Positions 1 through 13,039 of a stretch of DNA of 64,000 nt are shown here, in pieces. How positions within the stretch are numbered: the first letter of the stretch is position 1; every line of letters starts with the position of its first letter. A program made the position numbers and the translations under genes. The notes beneath the pieces were generated by a model, which saw only the letters and a program-made list of their open reading frames with translations, was not told the origin of the DNA and searched no databases. This DNA comes from Mobula birostris. Lineage: Eukaryota. The stretch lies in contig NC_092379.1 of the NCBI RefSeq assembly GCF_030028105.1, forward strand, positions 23,987,821 through 24,051,820, given 5' to 3'.

Positions 1-1027
1 AGCGTTGGAAAAGTTATTTAAACTGAAACACAGAGAATACAGCGAGAGCGATTGACAGACACCATTAGTTGATGGACATCCCCATCAGAGACAGTGACAG
101 AGAGAGATACTTGTCAGCGGACGAATATCACCCTGTGAGACAGGACAGAATGACTCCTGTTTGTGGACAGATATCCGCCGACAGAAGGACGCTGAGAGAA
201 ACCAGTCATGGAACAGATATTCCCCTGAGGTGGTGTCTAAGAGACATCACTTAGTGGATAGATATCCCGCTGAAAGACAGGGGCAAGGACGCACGTCAGT
301 CATGCCTGGTGCCCCTCTTCGGGACGCGGTCTGAGAGACACAGATCGCCGTAGGGAAATGCATGAAGCCACAAAAAGAATTACCGCAACATCTTCGGTCC
401 TCGCCCATATTAGGAGAATCAATATTATCCACAGATCCTTTGGTGGAAATGTATGTAATATATACGATTGCGTAAAGTTGTTTTTAAGAGAACTGGCAAA
501 TTATATGAACGCCATGTCCTAGGCACAGCTCCCCTCACCAGTGTTAGACAACTCTTTGAACTGCTTGAGCAGGTGAGAGGAACAGCACATTTGATGCAGG
601 GAGATCAGAAGCAGAAACCAATCAGTAAGTGAAGCAGTGGTTGCTGGTAACATGATGCGCCGCAGTAGGTTGGGAGGCAAGCGCTTCTGAAGAGTGGTCA
701 ATATTGAGAGGAAACACACGGGGGAGGGCATCCAATGCGCAGATCAGCAGTCTGGGCAATTTTGTTTACCCACCCTGATAATGGTACCATGGCATCCTCA
801 CTCAAATATAATCTACTCTGATAGAACAGCTAATCAAATTAAAGCTCAGCCCTACCAAGGTGATTTGCCGTCACTCAGCAGCTTTCATTCCTTTACGACC
901 AACCAGAGTAGATTCTGCAGATAATGAATAACATTTTGAAATGGATTAATTGTTGTCATGGAATGATGATGAGACCCAAATAGTATATAATACCCGCTCT
1001 GAAACAGCAACGACGTCCAAAGAGATA
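1..1027 (-). other. Upstream flank of an IgW-type V unit, paralogous to about 45230-46280 and about 63000-63170
   Basis: Shared blocks, e.g. ATTTAAACTGAAACACAGAGAAT (near base 16) vs 63011 and 45250, and continuous similarity of 340-1027 to about 45590-46280. Homology resumes at about 3520-3720 vs 46330-46560 after the insertions. Confidence 0.8.
60..345. repeat. Degenerate tandem array, unit about 46 bp (CAGTGGACAGATATCCCGCTGAGAGACAGG...)
   Basis: GTGGAC-like cores at about 72, 117, 163, 208 and 254, spaced 45-46 bp apart. Confidence 0.75.
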
Positions 1028-1040
1028 AGGCACTCTGTGA

Positions 1041-2244
1041 CAGCAACACACACACATAATGCTGGTGAACGCAGCAGGTCAGACAGCATATATAGGAAGA
1101 GGTACAGTGAACGTTTCGGGCTGGGACTAATCGTCACGACTAACGGAAAGAAGAGATAGTAAGAGATTTGAAAGACCGGGGGGGGGGTGTTAGATCCGAA
1201 ATGATACGAGAACACAGGAGGGGAGGGGTGGATCTATGAACTGGAGAAGGTAGAGGGTCATGGGCCGAGAAGCCTGGGGAGAAAGAAAGGGAGGAGGGGA
1301 GGCCGGAGGTTGGAGAGCAGGCAACGAATTATATTGAGAGGGACAGAGGGAGAAAAAAAAAACAGAGAGAGAGGAAAAAACGGAAAATAAACAATATATA
1401 AGATAAATAAATAAGGGATGGGGTGTGAAGGGGAGGTGGGGCATTAGCGGAAGTTAGAGAAATCAATATTCATACCATCAGGTTGGAGGCTACCCAAACG
1501 GAATATAAGGTGTTGTTCCTCCAACCTGAGTGTGCCTTCATCTTGACGGTAGAGGAGGCCATGGATAGACATGTACGAATGGAATGGGACGTGGAATTAA
1601 AATGTGTGGCCATTGGGAGATCCTGCTTTCTCTGGCGGACAGAGCGTAGATGTTCAGCGAAACAGTCTCCCAGCCTGCGTCGGGTCTCGCCAATATATAG
1701 AAGGCCGCACCGGGAGCACCGGACGCAGTGTATCACCCCAGCCAACTCGCAGTTGAAGTGTCACCTCACCTGGAAGGACTGTCTGGGGCCCTAAATGGTG
1801 GTGAGGGAGGTTGTGTGAGGGCATCTGTGGCACTTGTTCCGCTCACAAGGATAAGCGCCGGGAGGGAGATCGGTGGGAAGGGATGGGGGGGGGGGGGTAC
1901 GAATGGACAAGGAAGTCGCGTAGGGAGCGATCCCTGCGGAAAGCGAGGGGGAAGGGGCGGGGAGGCAGTGGACGGAAAGATGCGCTTGATGGTGCGATAC
2001 AAAGAAACATAGAAACATAGAATTATATGTTGGACCCGGAGGCTGGTGGGGTGGTAGGGTAGGACAAGGGGAACCTTATTACTAGTGGGGCGGCGGGAGG
2101 ATGTGGTGGGAGAAGATGTGCGTGAAATGGGGGAGATGCGTTTGAGAGCAGATTTGATGGTGGAGGAAGGGAAGTCTCTTTCTTTAAAAAAGGAAGACAT
2201 CTCCTTCGATCTGGAATGAAAAGCCTCATCCTGAGACCAAGCTC
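1041..2244 (-). mobile_element. Penelope-like element, 5'-truncated (GIY-YIG endonuclease plus 3' pseudo-LTR)
   Basis: ORF 1470-1745 contains GLLYIGETRRRLGDCFAEH (GIY-YIG). TSD AGGCA[C/T]TCTGTGA at 1028-1040 and 2245-2257; a single copy is present in the paralogous flank near 46274. Confidence 0.9.
1106..1141 (-). ncRNA. Degenerate hammerhead ribozyme remnant
   Basis: Minus strand reads AGTC-GTGACGA...GAAACGTT; the CUGANGA core and the cleavage triplet are both mutated. Confidence 0.5.
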
Positions 2245-2339
2245 AGGCATTCTGTGATTTTGGCTGAACGATCAAGGTTGGGCAGATAGTGGTGAATTTT
2301 CCACAACTTTGATGTCCACCTGACAATTCCATAAAACCC

Positions 2340-3510
2340 TAAGACCATAAGAGAAAGGAGCAGAAGTCGGCCATTCGGCCCATCGAGTCTGCTCCGCCAT
2401 TTTATCATGAGCTGATCCATTCTCCCATTTAGTCCCACACCCCGCCTTCTCACCATAATCTTTGATGCTCTGGCTACTCAGATACCCATCAATCTCTGCC
2501 TTAAATACACCTAATCACTTGGCCTCCACTGCTGCCCGTGGCAACAAATTCCATAGATTCACCACCCTCTGACTAGAACACACTTCTTCGCATTTCTGTT
2601 CGGTATGGGCGCCCTTCAACCCTTAAGTCATGCCCTCTCGTACCAGACTCCCCTATCAGAAGAAACAACTTTGCCACATCCACTCTGTCCATGCCGTTCG
2701 ACATTCGAAATGTTTCTATGAGGTCTCCCCTCATTCTTCCAAACTCCAAGGAGTACAGTCCAAGAGCAAACAAACGTTCCTGATATGTTAACCCTCTCAT
2801 TCCCGGAATCATTCTAGTGAATCTTCTCTGTACCCTCTCCAACGTCAGCGCATCCTTTCTTAAATAAGGAGACCAAAACTGCCCACGGTACTCCAAGTGA
2901 GGTCTCACCAGCGCCTTACAGAGTCTCAACATCACATCCCTGCTCCTATTCTCTATTCCTCTAGGAATGAATGCCAACATTGCATTCGCCTTCTTCAGTA
3001 CTGACTCAACCTGGAGGTTAACTTTAAGGGTATCCTGTACGAGGACTCCCAAGTCCCGTTGAATCTCCGAAGTTTGAATTATTTCCCCATTTAAATAATA
3101 GTCCGCCCGTTTATTTGTTCTGCCAAAGTGCATAACCATACACTTTCCAACATTGTACTTCATTTGCCACTTCTCTGCCCATTCTTCCAATTTATCAAAG
3201 TCTCTCTGCAAACTCTCTGTTTCCTCAGCGCTGCCGGCCCCTCCACCTACCTTCGTATCGTCAGCAAACTTAGCCACAATGCCATGTATTCCATAAGCCA
3301 AATCGTTGATGTACAATGAAAAAGAAGCGGCCCCAACACGGACCACTGTGGAACACCACTGGTAACCGGCAGCCAACCAGAATAGGATCCCTTTATTCCC
3401 ACTCTCTGTTTCCTGCCAATCAGCCAACGCGCTATCCACGTATGTAACTTTCTCGTAATTCCATGGGCTCTTATCTTGTTAAGTAGCCTCATGTGTGGCA
3501 TCAATTCAAC
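2340..3510 (-). mobile_element. CR1-type LINE, 3' RT fragment
   Basis: ORFs 3247-3504 and 2573-3439 contain GVPQWSVLGPLLF and KFADDTK; CTTATGGTCTT tail near 2340. Confidence 0.9.
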
Positions 3511-3719
3511 AACATATTTCAGGAATCAAAATGCCGAACATTACTTCTCCTCCATAAGGACGACAACGTTGTAGTAAGTTGTGTAGGCTTGCCCGCATCA
3601 ATGACCCGGAAAACTATGTTGGCTGGAGTCAAGACATTGCCTTCTGGCTCTTGACAGAGGGTCACCGATGACAAACACGTAAAAGGGTAGAGGTCATACT
3701 GAGAGTAATCTACTAATCC

Positions 3720-6700
3720 TGTAGGTTGTTCGGGAGTTCTCTGACATTGAGTCCGCCTCTGTGATTCAGTAGGGAAGGGGAGAGAAGAAGCGCACTGAGG
3801 TAATGAGATTTTCCAGGAAAGGGACGGACAGGTGGTTTTATCGGTGAGAACGAGAATCCCAGATGCTAAGTTGCCTCCCGGGTACCAGGTTCCAGGGCAT
3901 CTCCGATCGAATCCTCAGCATTCTTAAGTGGGAGCGTGAACAGCCAGAGTTCATTGTTCACCCAGGTACCAATGACATAAGTAGGACGAGTGACCAGGAT
4001 TTCCATATGGAATTCAGGGCGTTAGGTGCTAACTTAAAGGGCAGGACAACTACGGTTGTGATCTCAGGAGTTTCACCCATGGCACATGCTAGTGAGGCCA
4101 AAAATAGGAAGATTTTGCAGTTTCACGCGTGGGTAAGGAAATATTGTAGGATAAAGGGCATAATAGTTTTGGATCATTGAGCCCCCTTCCAGCAAAGATG
4201 GGTTTTCTACAGTAGGGACGGTTTGTACCTTAACTGAAGGGGGACGTATATCCTAGCGGGAAGGTTTGTGAAGGCTGCAGGGTGGGGTTTAGACTAGGGT
4301 TGCAGGGAGATGGGAACCAGAGTGCCAGACTAGTTAGAGGAGAGGTTTGGAGTAGAGCTCAGACAAAAACAAGAATCGAAAGGCTGAGCAAGGTGCGACT
4401 CGTGTCCTGAGCAGCGCATATCTCTTTGGAAAAAGTACCGTAGGAAAGGTGAATAAGCCCAGAGCATGGATGAACAAACGCAATAATGGCGTTGTAGCAA
4501 TTTGTGAGACTTGGTTGCACGATGGAAAGGACTTGCAGGTCAATATTCTGGTCCTCAGTTGATTTGGACATGGCAGATCGAGAGGGATTAAAGGAGCTGT
4601 GGTGTTTTCATTCAGAGAAAATATCACGGTCGTGCTCCGTGATGACAGACCGAGTAACTCTATTAGTGAGGTGTTATGTGTGGAATTGAAAAATAGGAAA
4701 CGTAAAACCATGTTAATGAGGCTATATTAAAAACCATCCAACAGCCTGAGTGAGAGAGAATCAAATATGTAAAGAGATTTCAGACTGGTGCAAGAAACAT
4801 GAGTTTGTTATAGTAGGTGATATTTAACTTTCCACATATTGATGGGAATCCAATACTGTAAAAGGGCTAGAAGTGATAGAGTTTTCCAATATGTTCAGGA
4901 AACTTTCCTTCATCAGTACTGAGAAATTCCAACGAGGAGCCTGGGACACTTGATCTTTTATTAGATAGTGAGAGAAGGCAGGTGACGGAAGTTTGTGTCG
5001 GGTAACACTTTGCATCTATTTACAACAATGCCATTAGTTTGGAAGTATATGTGCAAAAAGATAGGTCTGGCCCGCGGGTTCAGATTCCTAACTGATGGTA
5101 TCAGAAATGATCCGACAAATGCAGATTCGGGTAAACATTATTGTTTTGGCAAATGTGTACTTGGTGAATGGGAGGCTTTTAGAAACGAAAGTTTGAGAGG
5201 ACAAAGCTTGTATGTGCCTGACAGAATAAAAGGTAAACATAGCAAGTGTAGGAACCCTCGGTTCTAACGAGATAATGAGGCACTGGTTAAGAGATAAAAG
5301 GAAGTGCACAGCAGTATAGGCAAGTAGGAACAAATGAGGTGCTTAGGGAGATTAAGAATGCAAGAAAACACTAAGGAAATAAATCAAGAAGGCGAAAAGA
5401 AGGCATGAGGTTGTTCTAGCAGACAAGGTGACGGGGAATCAGAAGGAGTTCTACAGATATGTTACGAGGAAAACGATTAGTAGAGGCAAAATCGGTCCTC
5501 TGGAAGCCAAGAACGTTAATTCATTTGTGTGGAGCCAAAGCATACAGGGGAGTTCTTTAATTAATTCTTCTCATCTGTATTTACTCAAGAGACAGATACA
5601 GAGTCTATAGAAATGATACAAAGCTGCAGCAACTTCATGGACCCTGCGTAGATTAAAGAGGAAGAGGCATTGCTATGTGAGACAAATCAGAGTGGATAAA
5701 TCCCCAGGAATTGACAGTGTGCTCCCGCGGATCCTACGGGAGGCAAGCGTAGAAACTGCTCGGGTTGGAGTAAAGATATTTCAATCATCCTCAGCGACCG
5801 GGAAGTTACCAGACGATTGGAGGATAGTTAATGTTGTTCCGCAGTTTAAAAAAAAAAAGTCTCTAAACATAAACCAGGAAATTATAGCCCCTTCAGTTTG
5901 ATATCATCTGTGGAAAAGTTTTGGGAAGGCATTCACAGGGATCCGATAAATAAGTATTTGGATAGACATAGACTAACAACAATAGTCAGCATGGCTTCCT
6001 GCGTGGTAGTTAATGTCCAACCAATCTTATAGAGTTTAGCGAGGATGTTACCAGAAAAGTAGATGAAAACAAGGCAGTGGATGCTGTCTCCATGAACTTT
6101 AGTCAAGCATTTCACAAGGTCTTGCTTTGGAGCCTAGGCAGGAAGCTTCCAGGATGAAGTAGTAAACTGGATTAGGTATTGACTTTGTGGGAGAAGCACT
6201 AGAATAGTAGTTGAGGATTGACTCTCTGACTGGAGGCCTGTGAAAGATAAAGTGAAGTTGCAAAAGAAGTTTGTAAGGCCTACTTCGCAGTATGTTGTGC
6301 AGTTCTAGTGACTTACCGATCGGGAAGATGTAAGCAAGCTTCAAAGAGTGTAGAGAAAGCTTGCAAGGTCTGGAGGATCTGAATTATAAGGGAAGATTAA
6401 ATATATTAGAACTGTATTCTATAGAATGGTTAAGATTGAGAGAAAAATTGATGGCGGTATACAAAATTATGAGGGATATAGATAGCATAAGCAGTCTTAG
6501 AATAACTACAACCAGAGGTCATGGGTTAAGAGTGAATCGTGAGAGGTTTAAGGCGAAAGTGAGGGGAACCCTCCTCATTCAGAGGGCGATAAAAGTGTGA
6601 AATGCGTTTCCAGCACAAATGGTGCATGGCAGCTCGATATAAACTTTAAGAGAGGCTTAGAAAGTGCATGAATAGTAAGGGTAGGAGGGCTTTTGTTCTG

Positions 6701-6760
6701 ATGAAGTTTGATTGTAGTAAGCAGTCTGAGTGGTTTCGGCATGGACTAGATGATACTATT
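3720..6760 (+). mobile_element. Degraded near-full-length CR1 LINE (ORF1 esterase, then endonuclease and RT remnants)
   Basis: ORF 3863-4180 has HPGTND and VVISG, typical of the SGNH esterase in CR1 ORF1. RT-like remnants continue to 6361-6600. Confidence 0.8.
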
Positions 6761-7164
6761 TCGTATTTTGCCCAACGATTGTTTAGCAGAGTTAAGAGAT
6801 CCAAAGTTCATAAATTCGACCCCACTTCAATCTATATACTAATCAGAATACTACCACTTATCTGACTCGCATATGATTACATGAATTCCGCCTGACAGCA
6901 CTTGTCTTGTCCATCAACAGGGTGTGGCGGCGAATTCTATACAGTCATGCATCTCGAGTATAGGACGTTCCTCTGAATTCACTATGAAGGATAATCTGAT
7001 GTTTCTAAAGTGAATGTGGTTCAGATGCTTTCAAAGCTCTTGTAGTGAGGTGGTGTCATTTCATTTCCCCAGTGTTCAAAACGTGCATAAGCTTGTGTTA
7101 CTCATACAGTTATGAGGAACCGACGGATGTTTTGCTGCGAGCGATGATGTCGGGCTTGCTTTCT

Positions 7165-9270
7165 TAAAACATAGAACATAGAATAATACAGCACAATACA
7201 GGCCCTTCGTCCCACAATGTCCTGCTGACCCTTAAAACCTACCTCCCATATAATCCCGCACCTTAAGTTCCTCCTGTCCAGCATCACTTAAATTTCACTC
7301 GTGTATCTGCTTCCACCACTGACTCAGGCAGTGCATTCCACGCACTATTCACTCTCTGAGTAAAAATAACCTCCCTCTATTATCCCCCTTGAACTTCCCA
7401 CCCCTTACTTTAAAGGCATATCCTCTTGTACTGAGCAGTAGTGCCCTGGAGAAGAGGCGCTGTCTGTTCACTCTATGTATTCCTCTTAATATCTTGTATA
7501 CATCTATCATGTCTCCTCTGATCCTCCTTCTCTCCAAAGAGTAAAGCCCTAGCTCCCTTAATCTCTGATCACAATGCAAACTCTCTCTAAACCAGGCAGC
7601 ATCCTGGTAAATCTCCTCTGTACCCTTTCCATTGCTTCCACATTCTTCCGAGAGTGAGGCGACCAGAACTGGATACAGTCCTCCAAGTGTGGCCAAACCA
7701 GACTTTTATAGAGCTGCATCATTATCACGTGATTCTTAAACTCTATCCCTCGACTTATGAAAGCTAACACCCCATAAGCTTTCTTAACTACCCTACCTAA
7801 CTGTGAAACAACTTTCAGGGATCTACGGACATGTACCCACAGATCCCTCTGCTCCACCACACTACCAATTATCCTGCCATTTACTTTGTACTCTGCCTTG
7901 GCGTCCGTCCTTCCAAACTGTACCACCTCGCTGTTCTCCGGGTTGAACTCCATCTGCCACTTCTCTGCCCACTTCTGCATCGTATCAATGTCTGTCTGCA
8001 ATCTTCGACAATCCTCTGCACTGTCCACAACACCACTAACCTTTGTGTCATCTCCAAACTTGCCAATCTACCCTTCTACCCCCATATCCAGCTCGTTAAT
8101 AAAAATCACGGAAAGCAGAGGTCCCAGAACCGATCCTTGTGGGACACCACTAGTCACAACTCACTAATCCGAAAGTGCTCCCTCCGGCACGAACGTCTGC
8201 TTTCTGAAGGCGAGCCAATTCTGAATCCACCTGGCCAAACTTCCCTGGATCCCATGCCTTCTGACTTTCTGAATAAGTTTACCGCATGGAACCTTGTCAA
8301 ATGCCTGACTAAAATCCATGTAAATCACATCCACTGTACTACCTTCATCTATATGCCTGGTCACCTCCTCAAAGAAATCTATCAGCCGTGTTAGACACGA
8401 TCTGCCCTTCACAAAGCCATGCTGACTGCCCCTGATCAGACCATGATTCTCTAAATGCCTATAAATCCTATCGCTAAGAATTTTTTTTGCAACTGCTTGC
8501 CCACCACAGTCGTAAGGCTCACTGGTCTATAATTACCCGGACTAGCCCTACTATCATTCTTGAACAAAGGGACAACATTCGCCTCCCTCTAATCCTCCGG
8601 TACCATTCCCGTGGACAACGAAGACATGAAGATCCTAGCCAGAGGCTCTGCAATCTCTTCCCTTGCCTCGTGGAGCAGCCTGGAGAATATTCTGTCAGGC
8701 TCCGGGGACTTATCCGTTGTAATGTATTTAACAACTCCAACACCTCCTCTCCCTTAATATCAACATGCTCCAGAACGTCAACCTCACTCATATTGTCCTC
8801 ACCTTCATAAAGTTCCCTCTCGTTGATGAATACCGAAAAGACGTATTCATTGAGGACGTTGCTCACTTCCACAGCCTCCAGGCACATCTTCCCACATTTA
8901 TCTCTAAACGGTCCTATCTTCACTCCTGTTATCCTTTTGTTCTTTACATAATTGAAGAATGCCTTGGGGGTTTCATTTGCCCTACTCGGCAAGGCCCTCT
9001 CATGCCCACTTCTTGCTCTCCTCAGACCCTTCTTAAGCTCCTTTGTTCCTATCCTATATTCGTCAATAGCCTCCTCTGATCCTTGCTTCTTAAACCTCAT
9101 GTATGCTGCCTTTTTCCACCTGACTAGATCCTCCACCTCACTACCCACCCATGGTCGCTTCACTGTACCATTCTTTGTCTTCCTCACCGGGACAAGTTTA
9201 TCTCAAACATCCAGCAAGAGATCCCTAAACATCGACCACATGTCTTTAGTACATTTCCCTGCAAAAACGT
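7165..9270 (-). mobile_element. CR1-type LINE, RT region
   Basis: ORFs 8519-9187, 8164-8412 (DVIYMDFSQAFDKVP), 7558-8028 and 7349-7696; TTCTATG-type tail at about 7170. Confidence 0.9.
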
Positions 9271-10433
9271 TCTATGGAATTCAAGCCCTGCCATAATTGA
9301 TGATTGCTCAGACTTTCATTTTGGATGCATGTGAATAATTCATTTTCGATATTTTCAGCCCTGAAAATATAGACATATCGTTATTTTCAGTGTTAGTTGT
9401 CATAAAATGAATTCCTGTGGATCATCTGGTCCATGACGTATATCGGTCCAAATACCTTTCCTACGTCTCTGTCATTGTCTCTGACAGCTATTTCCATATA
9501 CTCAGCACCGGCTCTGTGAAGCTGTAGCTGAAATATACTTTTTAAATCTCCCCCGCCACCTTAAAATAACACCTTCAACTTTCAGACTTCCACACACCGC
9601 GGAAAGAAGCTGTGACTATTCTGTTCACGAATTCCCCTTATACTACATTGCTGCTGGAGTAGGATCTGCCTGATGAAAGTTTTCGGCCCTAAGCTTCGTC
9701 TATTTGTTCTGAACTTTGTGTGCTTCCAGCATTTGCAGAATCCGTTGTGTCTATTGTAGAGCTGTGAAGTGACATCCCAACGCCCGTGTTAATATCACCG
9801 ACTGATGAAGGAAGCTTTGAAATAGCTCAAACGTTCAAAATAGAACGGAAGTGAGGCAATATGCTGTAACTTAGAAGAGAAGAGCAGAGAGGATCATTGT
9901 ATTTTCGAACACGAAAATAACTGGAGTTGAGTGATACCCCAAGTTTAGAGGGAGATGCATAATCAAGAACAGAAGAGTTCGCTGAATTCTGACAAAAACT
10001 GCATCGAACAAAGAGAAACAATAAAAGCTCGGCCATCATGGCCATGACCTAAAATCTCTCAATCTATCTAAAAATTAATGCCGTCACTACGGCTATAAAG
10101 CGGTCACCTTGAAATACATTAATACCGCTCCCTTATCAGTGTCTACCAAATTTATAAATCCATACTTACCTCAGTCCACGTTCCAGGAAGGGAGATCTAT
10201 TATTTAGGTACACGCAGTTAAATGAGAGCTATCCATATAGTTAAATGACAATATAATGATAGACAAAAATCACGGAAGCAAAAATGCACACATTGCAACC
10301 AATATGGACGCCTTAGTAATACCATTTACCTTCACAAACAACAGGAATTCTGCAGATGCTGGAAATTCAAGCAACACATATGAAAGTTGCTGGTGAACGC
10401 AGCAGGCCAGGCAGCATCTCTAGGAAGAGGTAC

Positions 10434-10469
10434 AGTCGACGTTTCAGGCCGAGACCCTTCGTCAGGACT
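10434..10469 (-). ncRNA. Minimal type I hammerhead ribozyme (intact core)
   Basis: Minus strand: AGTC-CTGACGA-AGG[GTCTCGG]CCT-GAAA-CGTC-GACT. Stem I AGTC/GACT, stem II AGG/CCT, palindromic ACGT stem III, GUC cleavage triplet. Confidence 0.8.
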
Positions 10470-11520
10470 AACTGAAGGAAGGGTTAGTAAGAGATTTGAA
10501 AGTGGGAAGGGGAGGGGTAGATCTAAAATGATAGGAGAAGACAGGAGCTGGAGGGATGGAGCCAAGAGCTGGACAGGTGATTAGCAAAGGGGATATGAGA
10601 GGATCAAGGGACAGGAGGCCCGGGGATAAAGACAAGTGGGGGGGGGGAGACACAGAAGATGGGCAAGGGGTATAGTCAGAGGGACAGACGGAGAAAAAGG
10701 AGAGTGAGAGAAAGAATGTGTGTATAAAAATAAATAACGGATAGGGTACGAGGGGGAGGGGGGGCATTAGCGGAAGTTAGAGAAGTCAATGTTCATGCCA
10801 TCAGGTTGGAGGCTACCCAGACGGAATATAAGATGTTGTTCCTCCAACCTGATTGTGGCTTCATCTTTACAGTAGAGGAGACCGTGGATAGACATGTCAG
10901 AATGGGAATGGGATGTGGAATTAAAATGTGTGGCCACTGGGAGATCCTGCTTTCTCTGGCGGACAGAGCGTAGGTGGTCAGCAAAGCGGTCTCCCAGTCT
11001 GCGCCGGGTCTCGCCAAAATACAGAAGGCCACTTCGGGAGCACCGGACGCAGAATATCACCCCAGCCGACTCACAGGTGAAGTGTCGCCTCACCTGGAAG
11101 GGCTGTCTGGGGCCCTGAATGGTGGTAAGGGAGGAAGTGTAAGGGCATGTGTAGCACTTGTTCCGCTTACAAGGATAAGTGCCAGGAAGGAGATCAGTGG
11201 GGAGGGATGGGGGGGGGGTGGGACGAATGGACAGGGGAGACACGTAGGGAGCGATCCCTGCGGAAAGCAGAGTGGGTGGGGGAGGGAAAGATGTGCTTAG
11301 TGGTTGGATCCCGTTGGAGGTGGAGGAAATTACGGAGAATAATATGTTCGACACGGAGGCTTCTGGGGCGGTAGGTGAGGACCAGAGGAACCCTATTCCT
11401 AGTGGGGTGGCGGAAGGATGGAGTGAGAGCAGATGTGCGTGAAATGGGGGAGATGCGTTTGAGAGCAGAGTTGATAGTGGAGGAACGGAAGCCTCTTTCT
11501 TTAAAAAAGAGGGACATCTC

Positions 11521-11985
11521 TGGCAGGACTTTCATATGAAGAAAGACTGGATGAACTGGCCTGTACTCGTTGGAATTTAGAAGATTGAGTGGGGATCTGA
11601 TTGAAACGTATAAAATCCTAAAGGGATTGGACAGGCTAGATGCAGGAGGATTGTTCCCGATGTTGGAAAGTCCAGAACAAGGGGTCACAGTTTAAGGATA
11701 AAGGGGAAGCCATTTAGGACCGAGATTAGGAAAAAATTCTTCACACAGAAAGTGGTGAATCTGTGGAATTCTCTGCCACAGGAAACAGTTGAGGCCAGTT
11801 CTTTGGCTATATTTAAGAGGGAGTTAGATATGGCCCTTGTGGCTACGGGGATCAGGGGGTATGGAGGGAAGGCTGGGGTGGGGTTCTGAGTTGGATGATC
11901 AGACATTATCATAATAAATGGCGGTGCAGGCTCGAAGGGCCGAATGGCCTACTCCTGCACCTATTTTCTATGTTTCTATGTTTCT
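11521..11985 (+). mobile_element. CR1 3' fragment nested in the Penelope element
   Basis: CR1 C-terminal and 3' UTR sequence ending in (TTTCTATG)n; putative TSD ATCTC at 11516-11520 and 11986-11990. Confidence 0.8.
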
Positions 11986-13039
11986 ATCTCCCTCGTCCTG
12001 GATTGAAAAGCCTCATCCTGAGAGCAGATGCGGCGGAGACGGAGGAATTGATAGAAGGGGATGGTATTTTTGCACGAGACAGGGTGAGAAGAGGAATATT
12101 CCAGATAGCTGTGAGAGTCAGTAGGCTTATAGTAGACATTAGTGGGTAAGCTGTCTCCAGAGATAGAGACAGAAAGATCAACAAAGGTGATAGAGGTGTC
12201 GGAAATGGACCAGGTAAACTTGAGGGCAGGGTGAAAGTTGGAGGCAAAGTTAATAAAGTCAACGAGCTCAGCATGCGTGCTTGAAGCAGCACCAATGCAG
12301 TCGTCGATGTAGCGAAGGAAAAGTGGGGGACAGATACAAGCGTAAGTACGGAACATAGATTGTTCCACAAAACCAACAAAAAGGACCCATAAGGATGCTC
12401 ATAGCTACACCTTTAGTTTGGAGGAAGTGGGAAGAGCTAAAGGAGAAATTATTAAGAGTAAGGCCAAAGGATAAATTATTAAGATTAAGAGACCATTTAC
12501 CTTCCTTCCTTTTGTTTCAACCTTTTCGAATCTTGATTTGACAAGTCTGAAATTTGCTTGAATGTGTGCATTTTCAATTGCGTGATTGCTATAGTGTTAC
12601 AGCAGCCGCCTGCAATAGCGCCCTGACAGCGCGGTAGTGTCCGCTGTTGTGACAGTACCCACACCGTTCCCCTCCCACCTCCCCACCAAAACCTAGCCTC
12701 AGCTCCAGGGGCCTATCCCCGCTGCAAGTTATGGATGAGAGACATGTCCAGGATGTGTCAAATCGGAAAGAACAATGTCCTTCTGGGCCATACCACTTGG
12801 CAGTCAACGACGAACTTACACTGCCTTGCATCTAACGAGTTGCCAGAATGCGCCACACAGAATAGACCAGAGATCCATCCACAAAAGTGCAATAATGGGA
12901 AGGTGAGATTGGAGCAAAAAGGACGTATTCATGAATGATGTTTGTCGGAGACCACTGGAGGGTCTTATAATTGCTTTCTCGACTAAAACGGTTGTCTATG
13001 AGTGCATCCCCACTGAATCAGTCAGAGTCTTCCTCGAAG

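Larger units (their letters stand above)
10334..12491 (-). mobile_element. Penelope-like element (RT C-terminus, GIY-YIG, pseudo-LTR), interrupted by a CR1 fragment
   Basis: RT motif LRYIDD in ORF 11976-12368; GIY-YIG ORF 10767-11354. 13-bp TSD ACCATTTACCTTC at 10321-10333 and 12492-12504. Confidence 0.92.

Noticed and set aside
9665-9760. CTGATGA hammerhead-like core
   Set aside because: The GAAA box and stems are not preserved; at most an old pseudo-LTR relic.
9300-10045. Signal-peptide-like ORF (MAMMAELLLFLFV) with a possible decayed V downstream
   Set aside because: No conserved Cys/Trp/YYC pattern or RSS could be traced.
12589-12700. NSGHYRAVR resembling DSAVYYCAVR, plus an ACCAAAACC nonamer
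   Set aside because: No heptamer at 12 or 23 bp spacing, the motifs are on opposite strands, and there is no V framework.
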